Origin: an uncultured Cytophagales bacterium
GTDB taxonomy: Bacteria; Bacteroidota; Bacteroidia; Cytophagales; Cyclobacteriaceae
DNA: 64,000 nucleotides
Assembly: GCA_963793215.1 (NCBI GenBank)
Contig: CAWBZE010000005.1
Span: forward strand, 1,291,746 to 1,355,745
Direction of reading: 5' to 3'
Of this stretch, positions 63,047 through 64,000 are shown piece by piece. A program made the translations under genes and the position numbers. The notes below the pieces were generated by a model. That model saw nothing but the letters and a program-made list of their open reading frames with translations, did no database searches and was not told the origin of the DNA. The first letter of the stretch is position 1, and the number at the start of each line of letters is the position of its first letter.

Positions 63047-63124
63047 GAAGCCTCCTTCGAATTAAAGCTAATGTTACGGATCAATTTGTTCAAATCATTG
63101 TTTCAAAAGTGTTCAAGCATTTCT

Positions 63125-63598
63125 CTAGGAGGTGGGGGTTTGTTCCTCCGTTTTCTCATTATGCCTGAGCAGGAGAGCCGGAATGGAAAAAATGGTTTTA
63201 AATGGGGAGGCTAAAAACGTTCCTATTCTTACCGTAATTAGCTGGGCAACGTAAGCGCCAGTGAATTTCTCTACAGCATGGACGCCGATGTAAAACAGAA
63301 TTAACCCAATACTTAAGTAAACCACCCACAAAGTGTCGTCCTGGTTTTTGTGCAGAAACCATACGATAGCGATAGAAAAAAGAGCGTGCACTACAATGTT
63401 GAAGTAGCGGACGGCTACTTTTAGACTACGAAATGGCAGGCTAACAAGAAAATTCTCTAATTGGGGAGCGTTTTCATTAATAATTCCTATAAGAGAATCC
63501 TGAAATTGAAAATAGACAAACTGTAATAGAAACACAGCACAGGCAGTGTAAAAGCCTCTTTTATCATTCACCTCAAACGACAAACCCAATACTCTCAT
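63125..63598 (-). CDS. Exosortase F system-associated membrane protein (putative)
   Basis: The 157 aa form a 4-5 TM protein directly downstream of, and overlapping by 4 nt, an XrtF-like gene. The call is by synteny and my recollection of the family. Confidence 0.5.
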   Translation of the reverse strand: MRVLGLSFEVNDKRGFYTACAVFLLQFVYFQFQDSLIGIINENAPQLENFLVSLPFRSLKVAVRYFNIVVHALFSIAIVWFLHKNQDDTLWVVYLSIGLILFYIGVHAVEKFTGAYVAQLITVRIGTFLASPFKTIFSIPALLLRHNEKTEEQTPTS

Positions 63599-64000
63599 GA
63601 TTTTCCAGCAGGCTTCAGTTTACTCAGGCGGTTAGCCCACAGCATCCAGAAATAGAAGACGCACAAATAAATTGCTATGGTGAAGGTATACTTATGGTTG
63701 AAGTCGAAACTTGATTTTAAGAATAAGTAGTTAAATATTAAAAGTAGACATCGGATGAGGTTAAGGCCAAATATAACGAAGCTTCCTGCAGTAATAAAGG
63801 CCAATTTATACCAACTGTTGCCTGGATAGACGATAATGAATCCTGCGAACAATACAACCAGTGTTAGCGCGTTACAAGGATCTCCTATATTAAGTTGATC
63901 CTCACCGTCAATACGAATAGTGCTAAAGAACACTTCACCTTCTGTATGATTATGATAGTCAGCGTCGTATCCAAATGTTCGTAACACTCCAATACTTGCT
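63595..64000 (-). CDS. xrtF: Exosortase family protein XrtF (C-terminal part; gene extends beyond the right edge)
   Basis: It is multi-TM, with the exosortase catalytic-type Cys (IGDPCNAL), Arg (LNLIRCLL) and His (FNHKY). The frame stays open upstream of the GTG at 63987 to the window end. Confidence 0.6.
   Translation of the reverse strand, partial: ASIGVLRTFGYDADYHNHTEGEVFFSTIRIDGEDQLNIGDPCNALTLVVLFAGFIIVYPGNSWYKLAFITAGSFVIFGLNLIRCLLLIFNYLFLKSSFDFNHKYTFTIAIYLCVFYFWMLWANRLSKLKPAGKS

Overview
This 64-kb window looks like a core chromosomal segment of a Bacteroidota genome, probably Cytophagia-like. The evidence is a T9SS/gliding block (porP/sprF-gldK-gldL-gldM-gldN), a T9SS C-terminal sorting domain, an exosortase XrtF pair, TAnnTTTG-type promoter boxes and a split metH. 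I can support about 62 protein-coding genes. They cover housekeeping (SF1 helicase, rpsT, radC, pheT, rny, zapA, dtd, folB, galU, hemD, hemW, split metH, ndh), envelope and transport (CPA2 antiporter, TonB-dependent receptor, MacAB/TolC-type efflux operon, OMP) and a few accessory enzymes (sulfatase, Zn-metalloprotease, SDRs). By eye I found no rRNA, tRNA or CRISPR array. The non-coding or mobile features are a clear TPP (THI-box) riboswitch at about 28141-28220, a tnpB-only IS200/IS605-family element at about 18281-19587, a perfect 44-nt palindrome between the two metH cistrons, and several hairpins. The two best leads are these. (1) The TPP riboswitch has its own promoter box and heads a TonB receptor plus three enzymes not in the canonical thiamine pathway (cytoplasmic NMT1/THI5-like protein, FAD oxidoreductase, phosphotriesterase-family hydrolase). 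I read this as a candidate uncharacterised thiamine-moiety salvage system. (2) The tnpB gene has an intact RuvC triad and sits between divergent ubiA and metH, flush against the metH start codon. Three ORFs carry single lesions: an SDR frameshift, an in-frame TAA in a small membrane ORF, and a thioredoxin-like gene broken at an A8 run that forms a perfect A_AAA_AAA slippery heptamer. All family calls rest on motif recognition from memory. No database search was possible.
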